A DNA stretch of 64,000 nucleotides, from assembly GCA_944386755.1 (NCBI GenBank), contig CALXCF010000003.1:26689-90688 (forward strand), given 5' to 3'. The position numbers and the translations under genes are program-made. A model generated the notes under the pieces. That model saw nothing but the letters and a program-made list of their open reading frames with translations, ran no database searches and was not told the origin of the DNA. Below are positions 1 through 10,063 of the stretch, one piece after another (the stretch's first letter is position 1; every line of letters begins with the position of its first letter). Source of the DNA: an uncultured Clostridia bacterium. GTDB taxonomy: Bacteria; Bacillota; Clostridia; TANB77; CAG-508.

Positions 1-189
1 TTCTGATATTCCTCCTGCAAATCCTCCTGCCATTCCAGCAACTCCTTGTACTTCTGAAACAGCTACTCCTGCAATAACAGCTACAACATCACTTGATATT
101 TGTATTCCGTCATTTTCTGATTTTATTTCTTCGTCTAATTCTACAACTTCCCCTTTATTATCTTCATTCACTTTGTTTTCTTCACTCAT
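1..189 (-). CDS. Asp23/Gls24 family envelope stress protein (YqhY-like), 5' part; runs off the window
   Basis: Not in the ORF track. Manual translation from ATG at 189 (GGAGG RBS): MSEENKV...GIQISSDVVAVIAGVAVSEVQGVAGMAGGFAGGISE, a typical Asp23 N-terminus. Confidence 0.8.
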   Translation of the reverse strand, partial: MSEENKVNEDNKGEVVELDEEIKSENDGIQISSDVVAVIAGVAVSEVQGVAGMAGGFAGGISE

Positions 190-276
190 ATGAATTCCTC
201 CTATCCATATATCAAAAAAGATATACTTATTTTTTCCATATAAGTATATCAATTTTTTTTATATTTTACAACTATT

Positions 277-1233
277 TTATTCAAAAACATCAAATTCTTG
301 TATTGAGTTTCCTCTTAGATAATCTTGAATTGACATTCTTTTTGCATTTTCTCCTTGAATTTCCAATACTTTTATAATTCCACTCTTTGCTTTAATATAT
401 AATCCATCTTTACTATCTGATAATAAAACTACACCATTTCTTAAAAAGTCAAGATTTTCTACCATTATCTCATCTTCCTTAGCTAAATCAACTTTCCAGA
501 ACTTAATCTTTTTACCATTTAAAAATGTATAAGCTCCCATAATTGGATTTAACCCTCTAACCAAATTCTTAATTTCCTGCGCTGTTTTTTTATTCCAATC
601 AATTTTCGCCATTTCTTTTGACAACATTGGAGCAATAGTAAAATTATCTCCTTGTTTTTCTCTTGGTGCTGTTCCTTTCTCTATTTCCTTTAAAGTTTTA
701 ACTAAAAGTTCTCCACCTATTTTAGAAAGTCTATCCCATAATTCTCCTGTTGTTTCATTTTCTCCAATTTCTACTTCTTGTTTTAAAATCATATCACCTG
801 TATCCATACCTTCATCCATATACATTGTTGTAATTCCAGTTGTTTTATCTCCATTTAATACTGCCCATTGGATTGGTGCTGCACCTCTATATTTTGGAAG
901 TAATGAACCATGTACATTAATGCAACCTAATCTTGGAATTTCTAATATTTCTTTTGGTAGAATTTTTCCATATGCTACAACACATATAACATCTGGATTT
1001 AGATTTTTAATTTCTTCAATAAATTCTACATTTTTTCTAACTTTTTCTGGTTGATATATTTTTAATCCTTTTCCCTCTGCATATTCTTTTACAGGAGATG
1101 CTACCATCTTCATTCCTCTACCCTTTGGCTTGTCCGGATTTGTTACTACTCCTATAACATCATAATTTGCTTCTACTAAACTTTTTAAAGACTCCTTAGC
1201 AAAGTCTGGTGTTCCCATAAACAAAACTCTCAT
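277..1233 (-). CDS. fmt: Methionyl-tRNA formyltransferase
   Basis: MRVLFMGTPDFA start, INVHGSLLPKYRGAAPIQ motif, adjacent to def. Confidence 0.97.
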   Translation of the reverse strand: MRVLFMGTPDFAKESLKSLVEANYDVIGVVTNPDKPKGRGMKMVASPVKEYAEGKGLKIYQPEKVRKNVEFIEEIKNLNPDVICVVAYGKILPKEILEIPRLGCINVHGSLLPKYRGAAPIQWAVLNGDKTTGITTMYMDEGMDTGDMILKQEVEIGENETTGELWDRLSKIGGELLVKTLKEIEKGTAPREKQGDNFTIAPMLSKEMAKIDWNKKTAQEIKNLVRGLNPIMGAYTFLNGKKIKFWKVDLAKEDEIMVENLDFLRNGVVLLSDSKDGLYIKAKSGIIKVLEIQGENAKRMSIQDYLRGNSIQEFDVFE

Positions 1234-1253
1234 AGTTTTTAAATCGTCCTTTC

Positions 1254-1742
1254 TTAATTTTCTTCAGGCTCAACATACTCCAATGTTCCCGGAATTATTT
1301 TATCAATAAAAACTTCTCCATTTAAATGATCCACTTCATGTGATATAGCTTGTGCTAATAATTCTTTAGCCTTTACTTGCATTCTTTTTCCATCTCTATC
1401 AGTATATTCTGCTACAACTTCGGCAGGTCTAATTATTTTTGCAAATTCATTTGGAAAACTTAAACATCCTTCTTCTACCTCTTGCTCTCCCTTTGTTTTA
1501 ACAATTACAGGATTTATCAATACTATTGGTCCTTTATCATCATATAAATCAATTACAACGACTCTTTTTAATACACCAACCTGAACTGCTGCTAGTCCCA
1601 CTCCATTATATTTATGCATTGTTTCAATCATATCATCTATAAGTGTTTGTATTTTTTCACTTGATATTTCTTCTTCTGGAACTTCTTTTGATTTTTTCTT
1701 TAATATGTCGTCTCCTTGATATCTTAAATTTCTAATTGCCAC
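1254..1742 (-). CDS. def: Peptide deformylase
   Basis: GVGLAAVQVG, EGCLS and HEVDHLNG motifs. Confidence 0.97.
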   Translation of the reverse strand: MAIRNLRYQGDDILKKKSKEVPEEEISSEKIQTLIDDMIETMHKYNGVGLAAVQVGVLKRVVVIDLYDDKGPIVLINPVIVKTKGEQEVEEGCLSFPNEFAKIIRPAEVVAEYTDRDGKRMQVKAKELLAQAISHEVDHLNGEVFIDKIIPGTLEYVEPEEN

Positions 1743-1774
1743 TTCTATCTCTCCCTTCTTAAATACTTAAACTT

Positions 1775-1900
1775 GGTTGGAAAAGAATTAAATTCTGGCA
1801 AGGAAAATTTTATTTAAAAGGCAAGGGCGCATACTTTTTGTATGTAACCGCGTTTTAAATAAAATTTGACGCAGTCCAAAATTGTAATTATTTTTCAACC
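1775..1900. repeat. Long imperfect palindromic intergenic element (MITE-like)
   Basis: Ends ggttggaaaagaatta / taattatttttcaacc, with nested aaattttatttaaaa / ttttaaataaaattt arms; its right end recurs at 42178-42201 and 45928-45948. Confidence 0.55.
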
Positions 1901-1904
1901 ATTT

Positions 1905-4226
1905 CTAGCTCATGTTATTTGGATTAACATCAATTGTTATTCTTGTATCCTTTATATTTTGCTTATAAATATTTTTTAGAGAATCATTTAAAATTCTGTT
2001 TATTTCTTCTGTCATATTTCCTTTTATTATAATTCTCCATCTATATCTATTTTGTATTTTATCAATTGGACAAGGCATTGGTTTAAATAATTTTATTTCA
2101 TTCTCGTCACCTTGTATCATTTCACTTTTCTGTAAATTATTTAGTTCTTTTTGCAATTTCTCATACATTTGATTTGATACTTTTTTTATTTCATTTTCAT
2201 TATAACTATTAAATCCAATTAATATTATATCGCAAAATGGCGGATATTTCAATTGTTTTCTTAAAGCAATTTCTGTTTCGTAAAACTTTTCATAATCCTG
2301 TTCTCTTGAACATTGTATTGCAAAGCTTTGTGGATTATATGTTTGAATTATAACTTTTCCCGGCAAATTCTCACGTCCTGCTCTTCCTGCTACTTGTGTT
2401 AAAATTTGAAATGTTCTCTCATTTGCCCTATAATCATCTATATTTAGCGAACTATCAGCTGCAATTACTCCGACTAATGTTACATTTGGAAAGTGATGTC
2501 CTTTTACCACCATTTGTGTTCCTATCAAAATGTCTATATTTTCATTTTTGAATTTATTTAATATTTCTTCATGTGAATTTTTCTTTGTAACAGTATCTAT
2601 ATCCATTCTTATTGTACTTGCATTTGGAAATTGCTTATGTATTTCTTGTTCAAGTTTTTGTGTTCCTGTTCCAAAATATCTTATTTTATCGCTTTTACAC
2701 TCAGGACATACTGTTACTATATTTTGCTCATATCCACAATAATGACATTTTAATTTTCTTTCATAGCTATGATATGTTAAACTTATATTGCAATTTGGAC
2801 ATTTTACCGTATATCCACAGTTTCTGCACATTATAAAAGTAGAATAACCTCTTCTATTTAGAAATAATATTGTCTGTCTTTTATTTTTCAAATTTTCTTC
2901 TATGTTGGAATATAGCTCCATACTTAACATTGAACGGTTTCCATTTGCAAGTTCTTGTTTTAAGTCAATTATTTCAACTGATGGAAGTGATGAATTATTT
3001 GCTCTTTTTGTTAGTTCCAACAATGTAATTTCAGAACATTTTTGCTTTTCGTTTGCCTCTGATTTTATATTATCATTATTCGAATTTTTTTCTGTTACTT
3101 TATAATATGTATGCAAATCAGGTGTTGCACTTCCTAATAACAATGGAATATTGTTTTCTTTTGCCAACTTCTTCGCTATTTCTTTTGCATTGTATTTTGG
3201 TGTTGTCTCTGACTTATATGAGCTATCATGTTCTTCATCAATTATAATGATTCCTACATTTGCTAATGGTGCAAATATAGCAGACCTTGCTCCTATTACA
3301 ATTTTTGCATCTCCATTTCTTATTTTTTCCCATTCGTCATGTCTTTCACCTATTGAAAGTTTACTATGTAATATTGCTATATCTTCTTTTCCAAACCTTG
3401 ATACAAATCTTTCTAACATTTGTGGAGTTAATGAAATTTCTGGTACTAATACGATTGCTGTTTTTTCATTTTCTATTACCTTTTGTATTAGTTGCAAATA
3501 TACCTCTGTCTTTCCAGAACCTGTTACTCCATATAATAAAAATTGTTCAAATCTATTTTCATCAATTGTTTTTTCTACTTTTTCAAATGCTTCTTGTTGT
3601 TCATCTGTTAATTGCAATTTTTCTGTTCTCTCATATTCTTTAAATAATAATGGATTTCTTTCTACCTTTTTTTCTATAATTTCTAAATATCCGTTTTTTA
3701 TTAATGTATTTACTATTGCTCTTGATGTATCTGTGAACATCTCTATTTCAGGTATTGTTGCCCCTTCGTTATCTTTTACAAATTTTAATATTTTTATTTG
3801 TTTTTCAGATTTTATTTTTTTAGTTTCTATCTCAAATTCTATTTCTTCAATATCTTTTTTTAAATATACCGTATTTATGATTTTATCTTGAATTCTCTTT
3901 TCTTTGTTTTTTGTTCTTGTTCCAGGTGTTAGCATAAGTTTAATACAGTCTGATACATTACAAAAATATCTATTTGCCATCCATTTTGCAAGTTCTATTT
4001 GCTTATCTGTTAAGTTTTCTTCGATTTTTATAATGTCTTTATTCGCAAATTCTGATTTTTCTTTTAATTTGACTACAAATGCTTCTTCTTGTTTTTCTCC
4101 TTTTCCAAATGGCACTATGACTTTGCTTCCTACTAAAATCAGGTCCTCTAGTTCTTTTGGTATATTGTAGTCAAATGTTCTATTTAGTTTTTTTGCTCCT
4201 CTATTTATTATTACTTCTGCTACCAT
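1905..4226 (-). CDS. priA: Primosomal protein N' (replication restart helicase)
   Basis: GVTGSGKT Walker A, DEEH, Cys-rich zinc region, QVAGRAGR; priA-def-fmt synteny. Confidence 0.97.
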   Translation of the reverse strand: MVAEVIINRGAKKLNRTFDYNIPKELEDLILVGSKVIVPFGKGEKQEEAFVVKLKEKSEFANKDIIKIEENLTDKQIELAKWMANRYFCNVSDCIKLMLTPGTRTKNKEKRIQDKIINTVYLKKDIEEIEFEIETKKIKSEKQIKILKFVKDNEGATIPEIEMFTDTSRAIVNTLIKNGYLEIIEKKVERNPLLFKEYERTEKLQLTDEQQEAFEKVEKTIDENRFEQFLLYGVTGSGKTEVYLQLIQKVIENEKTAIVLVPEISLTPQMLERFVSRFGKEDIAILHSKLSIGERHDEWEKIRNGDAKIVIGARSAIFAPLANVGIIIIDEEHDSSYKSETTPKYNAKEIAKKLAKENNIPLLLGSATPDLHTYYKVTEKNSNNDNIKSEANEKQKCSEITLLELTKRANNSSLPSVEIIDLKQELANGNRSMLSMELYSNIEENLKNKRQTILFLNRRGYSTFIMCRNCGYTVKCPNCNISLTYHSYERKLKCHYCGYEQNIVTVCPECKSDKIRYFGTGTQKLEQEIHKQFPNASTIRMDIDTVTKKNSHEEILNKFKNENIDILIGTQMVVKGHHFPNVTLVGVIAADSSLNIDDYRANERTFQILTQVAGRAGRENLPGKVIIQTYNPQSFAIQCSREQDYEKFYETEIALRKQLKYPPFCDIILIGFNSYNENEIKKVSNQMYEKLQKELNNLQKSEMIQGDENEIKLFKPMPCPIDKIQNRYRWRIIIKGNMTEEINRILNDSLKNIYKQNIKDTRITIDVNPNNMS

Positions 4227-4335
4227 TTTAATCTCCTTTTTTACTTATGTAAGTATATCAAATTTTTATTCTTTTAACAATAGCAAAAATAAAATAGATA
4301 TCTCCTTTTACAGAAGTATCTATTTTGTGTAAACT

Positions 4336-5199
4336 CTAGCCCCTGAAATCCACAATGGGCTGTAATAATGCTTTATCAGATATAGCCTTATTAAAATATC
4401 TAATGGTTTCAAACAAAGCCTCTTCATGTGAAGCAGTAATATAGATTGTTCTATCTACATTTTCTGATTCTGGATTTTGTGAATCAGTTGGAACTATACC
4501 ATCACTTAAATCTGCTCCAAAAACTTTATGGGCAAACTCACTTATTTGTTCACTTGATGAAATAACATTGAACCAACGATGACGTTTTAACTCTACATTA
4601 TCAGTTTTTAATAATACCTTATGTTTTTCAGCCAACTCTTCATCTGGCAAGTGATAAATTCTAGAAAGTTTACCATACTCTCTCATTCTTTCAAAAAATC
4701 CAGTTTTTGATTTTACGAATTCTCTATCTGCCATCTGCGTTCCAAAAAAAGGAGTTGCTATTGTTACAATTCTTATTGTACGATTTTCTTCCAAATATTC
4801 TGGAATATTAACTACACATAAGCCACATTCTCCAACAGCAAAGAAAACTATTGATGTATACTGTCTAAATATATTTGTTTCATCAGAAATTTCTTTGTTA
4901 ATCATTCTAGCTAACTGACGAGCCACATATTTAAACCTTCCTTTTTTAGCATTTTTTCTTGGCTTACTTGGGAGATATAACTGCATTATATCTCCAGGCA
5001 AATTATAGTCATCAGCCGTCAAACTCCTTAATTCTTTATTATCTAAACATATGATATTTAGTTTTTTACTTTCTGGAACACATTTAATCCATTTTAATAT
5101 CATACTTGGAGTTTGTAAGATGATTTCTCCTCTCTTTTCAACAAGTTCTTCTCTTGTGGTCTTGTTCCCATTCACTCTGATTTTCATTTCTTCCCGCAT
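4336..5199 (-). CDS. Hypothetical protein, degenerate alpha/beta-hydrolase (lipase-like) fold; start may be ATG 5187
   Basis: IVTIATPFFGT, SDGIVP and a C-terminal His resemble lipase/PGAP1-like motifs, but there is no GxSxG nucleophile elbow. Confidence 0.45.
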   Translation of the reverse strand: MREEMKIRVNGNKTTREELVEKRGEIILQTPSMILKWIKCVPESKKLNIICLDNKELRSLTADDYNLPGDIMQLYLPSKPRKNAKKGRFKYVARQLARMINKEISDETNIFRQYTSIVFFAVGECGLCVVNIPEYLEENRTIRIVTIATPFFGTQMADREFVKSKTGFFERMREYGKLSRIYHLPDEELAEKHKVLLKTDNVELKRHRWFNVISSSEQISEFAHKVFGADLSDGIVPTDSQNPESENVDRTIYITASHEEALFETIRYFNKAISDKALLQPIVDFRG

Positions 5200-5335
5200 T
5201 ATTAATTTCTCCCTTCTAAAATTATTTAGTATAGAAATATGTGTTAATGAGTTACAGAGTATATTTTACCACATTATGTATATTTTGGCAAGAAAAATTC
5301 AAGAGCAAATTTTTACTCTTGAATCTTTTATTAAA

Positions 5336-5390
5336 TGTCTGTCCCTTTTGTTTCATTTTGAAACGATTTGGCACGTCCCTAACGTCTCAA
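5336..5390. repeat. GTCCC-containing REP-like intergenic repeat (degenerate copy)
   Basis: tgtctgtccc...gaaacg...cacgtccctaacgtctca resembles the copies at 15119, 28221 and 54881. Confidence 0.4.
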
Positions 5391-7781
5391 TTCTGCATGT
5401 AAAGTTTTCTCTAATTCAGAAATAATTGAATCCATAACATTATTTATTTCTTCATCACTAAGTGTTTTGTTTTTATCTCTAAAAATTAAAGAATAAGCAA
5501 CGCTTTTCTTGTTTTCTCCAAGTCTTTCATTTCTGTAAATATCAAATAGCTTCATGCTTTCAAGAAGTTTTTTACCTTTTTTAGTAATTATCTTTTCAAT
5601 TTGACCTACTTCAACTTCTTCATCAACAATTATTGCAATATCTCTTTCAACTGCTGGAAATTTAGGAATTTCTACATATTTCTTATTTTCTCTTGAATAT
5701 TTTACTAATTTTGTAATATTAATCTCTGCTAAATATGCTCTTTTTCCTATATCATAATTTTGTAATACTTCTGGATGTACTTCTCCAATTGTTCCTATTA
5801 CATCAATTCCTATTTTTATATTTGCACATCTTCCTGGATGATATGATTTATTATCTCTTTCTTTTTCCACATCATATCTATTTACACTTATTGCTTCCAA
5901 AACATTTTCAATAATTCCTTTTAATACATAGAAATCAATATCATCTCCATACATTCCTATTGTTAAAATATCTTCTTGTACTGGAACTTCTCCATCTTCT
6001 ACTTGATGATTTGTATTTTTATAATTTCTAGATATATCGAATAATTTTACATTTTGATTTTTCTTATTTACATTTGTTGCAAGTATTTGCATCATACTTG
6101 GAACTGTTGATGGTCTCATCAATTTGAATTCTTCACCTAAAGGATTTTGCAATGTTATTGCATATTTTTGAACTTCCTCTGAAATGTTTGATTTTTCTAA
6201 GTCTTTTTTGCTTATAAATCCATATGTATAAATTTCTGATAAGCCACTATCTACTAATACATCCCTAATTTTCTTAATTATTTTTTGTTCTTTATTTCTA
6301 ACGCCTAAAGTTGTGTCTGCTTTTATTAAAGTTGTATCTAATTTATCATATCCATAAAATCTTGCAATTTCTTCTGCAATGTCAGCTAAGCAAGTTAAAT
6401 CCATTCTGAAATATGGTGAAATTGCTACATCATTTTCTACTTTTATTTCTAATTTTTCTAATATATCAATCATTTCTTGTTTTGATAATTTAGTTCCTAG
6501 TAGATTATTAATTCTATCAACATCTAATTTTATTTTATGAATTTCTTGTTTTGTAGGATAAACATCAACTTTTCCATCTACAACTTCTCCGCTACCAGTT
6601 AATTCTACTAATTCAACTGCTCTATTTACAGCTCTTAATGCATTTTCAGCAGATAAACCTTTTTCAAATCTTGAAGATGCTTCTGTTCTTAGTCCTACTT
6701 TCTTAGCTGTTTTTCTTACACTTCCACCATAAAATACTGCTGACTCAAATACTACTGTTTCAGTATCATTTTCTATTTCTGAATTTAGTCCACCCATAAC
6801 ACCAGCAATAGCCACAGCTCTCTTGTCATCTGCAATTACTAAATCGTCTTCATTTAATTCTCTTTCTTGTTCATCTAATGTTGTAATTTTTTCTCCATTT
6901 TTTGCTCTTCTAACAGTGATATGTTTTCCTTCAATAGAATTAATATCAAAAGCATGCATTGGTTGACCTAATTCTAACATTACATAGTTTGTAATATCAA
7001 CTATGTTGTTTATGCTTCTAACACCACAAGCTCTTAATCTTCTTTTCATCCAGTCTGGTGATTCTTTAATTTTTACATTTTTTACAACTCTTGCAATATA
7101 TCTATAACATAAATCAGGAGCTTCAATGTCAACTTTTAATCCTTCTATTTCTTTTTTATCTCCAACTTTTAGGTTATCCAAATTTCCTCTTGGATTTTTA
7201 AATTTTTTGTTCAAAGATACCGCTGTTTCTCTTCCTAATCCTTCAATAGAAAAACAATCTGGTCGATTTGAAGTAATTTCAAAATCAATAATATCTTCTC
7301 TTAAATTTAAAACATCAACAATATCTTTTCCCAAATCTTTTTCTAAACTCTTATCTAAAATCATTATTCCATGCTCAATTTGTCCTGGATAATCTGCTAA
7401 ATCTAGGTTTAGCTCTCCAACTGAACACATCATACCACATGAATCAATTCCTCTTAATTTTCCTGTTTTAATTTTAACACCATTAGGTAATTCTGCTCCA
7501 TCTTTTGCAATTGGTACAATATCTCCAACTTTTATATTATCTGCGCCTGTAACAATTTGCAATTTTTCTGTTCCAACATCAACTTTTGTAACTACCAATT
7601 TATCTGCATCTGGATGTTTTTCTATTTCTAAAATTTTTCCAACAACGACATTTTTTATATCATTTCCCTTTTCGTCTATTGTCTCGACTTTAGAACCTGT
7701 CATTGTTAAAATATCACCTAATTCAGTAGGTAGTACATCAATATCACTATACTCTTTTAACCATTCAATACTTGCTTTCAT
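5379..7781 (-). CDS. pheT: Phenylalanine-tRNA ligase beta subunit
   Basis: 800 aa; HPDADKL, ITSNRPDC, ELGQPMHAFD, C-terminal FDX-ACB domain (KKSVAYSLIFR). Confidence 0.97.
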   Translation of the reverse strand: MKASIEWLKEYSDIDVLPTELGDILTMTGSKVETIDEKGNDIKNVVVGKILEIEKHPDADKLVVTKVDVGTEKLQIVTGADNIKVGDIVPIAKDGAELPNGVKIKTGKLRGIDSCGMMCSVGELNLDLADYPGQIEHGIMILDKSLEKDLGKDIVDVLNLREDIIDFEITSNRPDCFSIEGLGRETAVSLNKKFKNPRGNLDNLKVGDKKEIEGLKVDIEAPDLCYRYIARVVKNVKIKESPDWMKRRLRACGVRSINNIVDITNYVMLELGQPMHAFDINSIEGKHITVRRAKNGEKITTLDEQERELNEDDLVIADDKRAVAIAGVMGGLNSEIENDTETVVFESAVFYGGSVRKTAKKVGLRTEASSRFEKGLSAENALRAVNRAVELVELTGSGEVVDGKVDVYPTKQEIHKIKLDVDRINNLLGTKLSKQEMIDILEKLEIKVENDVAISPYFRMDLTCLADIAEEIARFYGYDKLDTTLIKADTTLGVRNKEQKIIKKIRDVLVDSGLSEIYTYGFISKKDLEKSNISEEVQKYAITLQNPLGEEFKLMRPSTVPSMMQILATNVNKKNQNVKLFDISRNYKNTNHQVEDGEVPVQEDILTIGMYGDDIDFYVLKGIIENVLEAISVNRYDVEKERDNKSYHPGRCANIKIGIDVIGTIGEVHPEVLQNYDIGKRAYLAEINITKLVKYSRENKKYVEIPKFPAVERDIAIIVDEEVEVGQIEKIITKKGKKLLESMKLFDIYRNERLGENKKSVAYSLIFRDKNKTLSDEEINNVMDSIISELEKTLHAELRR

Positions 7782-7800
7782 CTATCTTTCTTCCTTTCCT

Positions 7801-7850
7801 GGGATTAGGGGACGTTCTTTCAATCCCTCTTACTGGGATTAAGGGACACT
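7801..7850. repeat. GGGATT/GGGAC REP-like repeat
   Basis: gggattaggggacgttctttcaatccc...gggattaagggac; reverse-orientation relative of 15298-15350 and 44036-44090. Confidence 0.5.
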
Positions 7851-7861
7851 CCTTATTAATT

Positions 7862-8167
7862 TTATCTATCCCATCCATTATAATTTTTGTTTGGCTTATA
7901 ATTCTTTACATTCTGCCAATTCCCATATGTTGCTTCTCCCTTACTTTCCATTTGTTTTCTTTTTATTGCTTCTAATGAATCTTTTCTGAATTTATCTCTC
8001 CAATCTGGAATTAAAACTTTTACTACATAATTTCCTTTTTCATCAAAATCTGCTACTGTATCAACTTCTCTATTTTTTTCCATAATTTGTTTTATTTCTT
8101 TTATATAATTTTCGTTTCTTTTTCCCTCTTGAAATCTAAATACTTTTGTTTTCACTAATTTTAACAC
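7862..8167 (-). CDS. Small hypothetical protein between pheS and pheT; apparent paralog of 9304-9666
   Basis: 101-aa ORF with AGGAG RBS; shares NRxxD-x(7)-G-x-Y and TYG-x(7)-Y[KR]P patterns with 9304-9666. Confidence 0.6.
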   Translation of the reverse strand: MLKLVKTKVFRFQEGKRNENYIKEIKQIMEKNREVDTVADFDEKGNYVVKVLIPDWRDKFRKDSLEAIKRKQMESKGEATYGNWQNVKNYKPNKNYNGWDR

Positions 8168-8265
8168 TCCTTAATAAATTAAATTTTTAATAATTATTAT
8201 TTACAAGAAAAATTATTTAATATTTTTCTTAAAAATTCTACTTATTCTACTTTAAATTTAAAATC

Positions 8266-9285
8266 CTAAAATTGTTTTAAAAATCTTACATCATTTTCAA
8301 ATAATAATCTCATATCTTCTATTCCAAATTTTGCCATTGCTATTCTTTCAACACCAAATCCAAATGCAAATCCTGAGTATTCTTCTGGATCAATTCCACA
8401 ATTTCTTAACACATTTGGATGGACCATTCCACATCCTAAAAGTTCTATCCAACCTTCTCCTTTACATACTCTGCATCCTTTTCCTCCACATACAAAGCAT
8501 GATACATCTGCCTCTGCTGATGGTTCTGTAAATGGGAAATGATGTGGTCTGAATCTTATTTTTGTTTTTTCTCCTAAGCATTTTTTAGCAAACATTTCTA
8601 ATGTTCCTTTTAAATCTGTCATTGAAATATTTTTATCAACAACTAATCCTTCTACTTGATGGAATACTGGTGAATGTGTTGCATCTACACTATCTGAACG
8701 ATAAACTGCTCCTGGACATATTATTTTTATTGGTGGTTTTTGATTTTCCATTACTCTTGCTTGTACTGGTGATGTTTGACTTCTTAAGACTATATCATCT
8801 GTGATATAAAAAGTATCTTGTAGATCTCTTGCCGGATGGTCTGGTGGCGTATTTAATTTATCAAAATTGTATATAGCTTTTTCTACCTCTGGACCATCTG
8901 CTATTTCATACCCCATTCCTAAGAATATTTCTTCTACTTCTTGGATTACTTGTGTTATTGGATGTAATGAACCTAAATTTACTTTTTTACTTGGTTCTGT
9001 AACATCAATATTTTCTGTTTCCAATCTTTTTTCTAATTCTTTTCTGTTTAGTTCTTTTTCTTTTTTAGTAAATAATTCATCTAACTCGTCTCTTACTTGA
9101 TTTACAAGACTTCCTATTACTGGTCTTTCTTCAGGTGATAATTTCCCCATTCCTCTTAGTACTACTGTTAATTCACCTTTTTTACCTAAATATTTTACTT
9201 TTAAGTCACTTAGTTGTCTTAAATCTTGACAATCATTGATTTCTTTTTGTGAATTTTCTTTGATTTTTGCAATTTCTTCTTTCAT
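8266..9285 (-). CDS. pheS: Phenylalanine-tRNA ligase alpha subunit
   Basis: [37 protein letters not shown] motifs. Confidence 0.97.
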   Translation of the reverse strand: MKEEIAKIKENSQKEINDCQDLRQLSDLKVKYLGKKGELTVVLRGMGKLSPEERPVIGSLVNQVRDELDELFTKKEKELNRKELEKRLETENIDVTEPSKKVNLGSLHPITQVIQEVEEIFLGMGYEIADGPEVEKAIYNFDKLNTPPDHPARDLQDTFYITDDIVLRSQTSPVQARVMENQKPPIKIICPGAVYRSDSVDATHSPVFHQVEGLVVDKNISMTDLKGTLEMFAKKCLGEKTKIRFRPHHFPFTEPSAEADVSCFVCGGKGCRVCKGEGWIELLGCGMVHPNVLRNCGIDPEEYSGFAFGFGVERIAMAKFGIEDMRLLFENDVRFLKQF

Positions 9286-9303
9286 TTTTATTTTCTCCTT
9301 TCT

Positions 9304-9666
9304 TTAATATGGCCTATATGTATGTGTTGCTTTATATTGCCCATATGTTTTATTGTTATATTTTTCAAAACGCTTTTGTACTTTATCTTGTTTTATTTCA
9401 CTCTCTTCAGTTAATAGTAAATTATTTTTCTTTCTAAATTTTAATTTTATAAATATTTTTCTAATAAAACTATTCTTCTTGTTAAATGTAAAAGTTATTA
9501 TATATACTCCAAATTTATTTAAATGCACCTGTACATCTATCTGCCTATTTGGAAATTCTTTTTTAGTTTCATCAATACTTTTTTGTACTTCATCTTTACT
9601 ATATATTTTTGAATCCATATAATATTCTAAGTACTTTGTTTTGTTCATATTATCACATCCTATCAA
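9304..9666 (-). CDS. Small hypothetical protein between the T-box and pheS
   Basis: 120-aa Lys-rich ORF co-oriented with pheS; similar to 7862-8167. Confidence 0.6.
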   Translation of the reverse strand: MIGCDNMNKTKYLEYYMDSKIYSKDEVQKSIDETKKEFPNRQIDVQVHLNKFGVYIITFTFNKKNSFIRKIFIKLKFRKKNNLLLTEESEIKQDKVQKRFEKYNNKTYGQYKATHTYRPY

Positions 9667-9725
9667 ATTTTATTTAAAATTTAATTCTACACTATCAGCA
9701 AATTATATACAATTTGTTTTCCTTG

Positions 9726-9995
9726 CAAAAAGCCACTTCATCCTTGCATTAGGACGAAATGGCTTATCTTTCGTGGTACCACCTAAATTTATTAGTCTAA
9801 AAAAATCTATATACTCTTTATTACTAACCTCATTATTGTTTTAACGGTGTTCTACCGCTTTTCCCTACTCTTAATATTTCAAGAAAAGACCTAAAAAAGT
9901 GAAATTTCTATATAATATTATCAATGGATTCCAGCCTAGTCCATTTTCTCTTGTGATAATTTTTTATTATATATACTTTGCTTTTTTGTTGGCTT
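9726..9995 (-). promoter_or_regulatory. T-box riboswitch, Phe specifier
   Basis: Minus strand shows AGAGA and GCTGGAA stem I motifs, GAAAT-TTC-A specifier, T-box AGGTGGTACCACG, then a terminator hairpin aagccatttcgtcct...aggatgaagtggctttt; lies upstream of pheS. Confidence 0.85.
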
Positions 9996-10063
9996 TATTT
10001 ATTTACATATAATATTCTATCATAAAATTTGATATTTAGCAAGAGTTTTAAAAAAATTTATTT

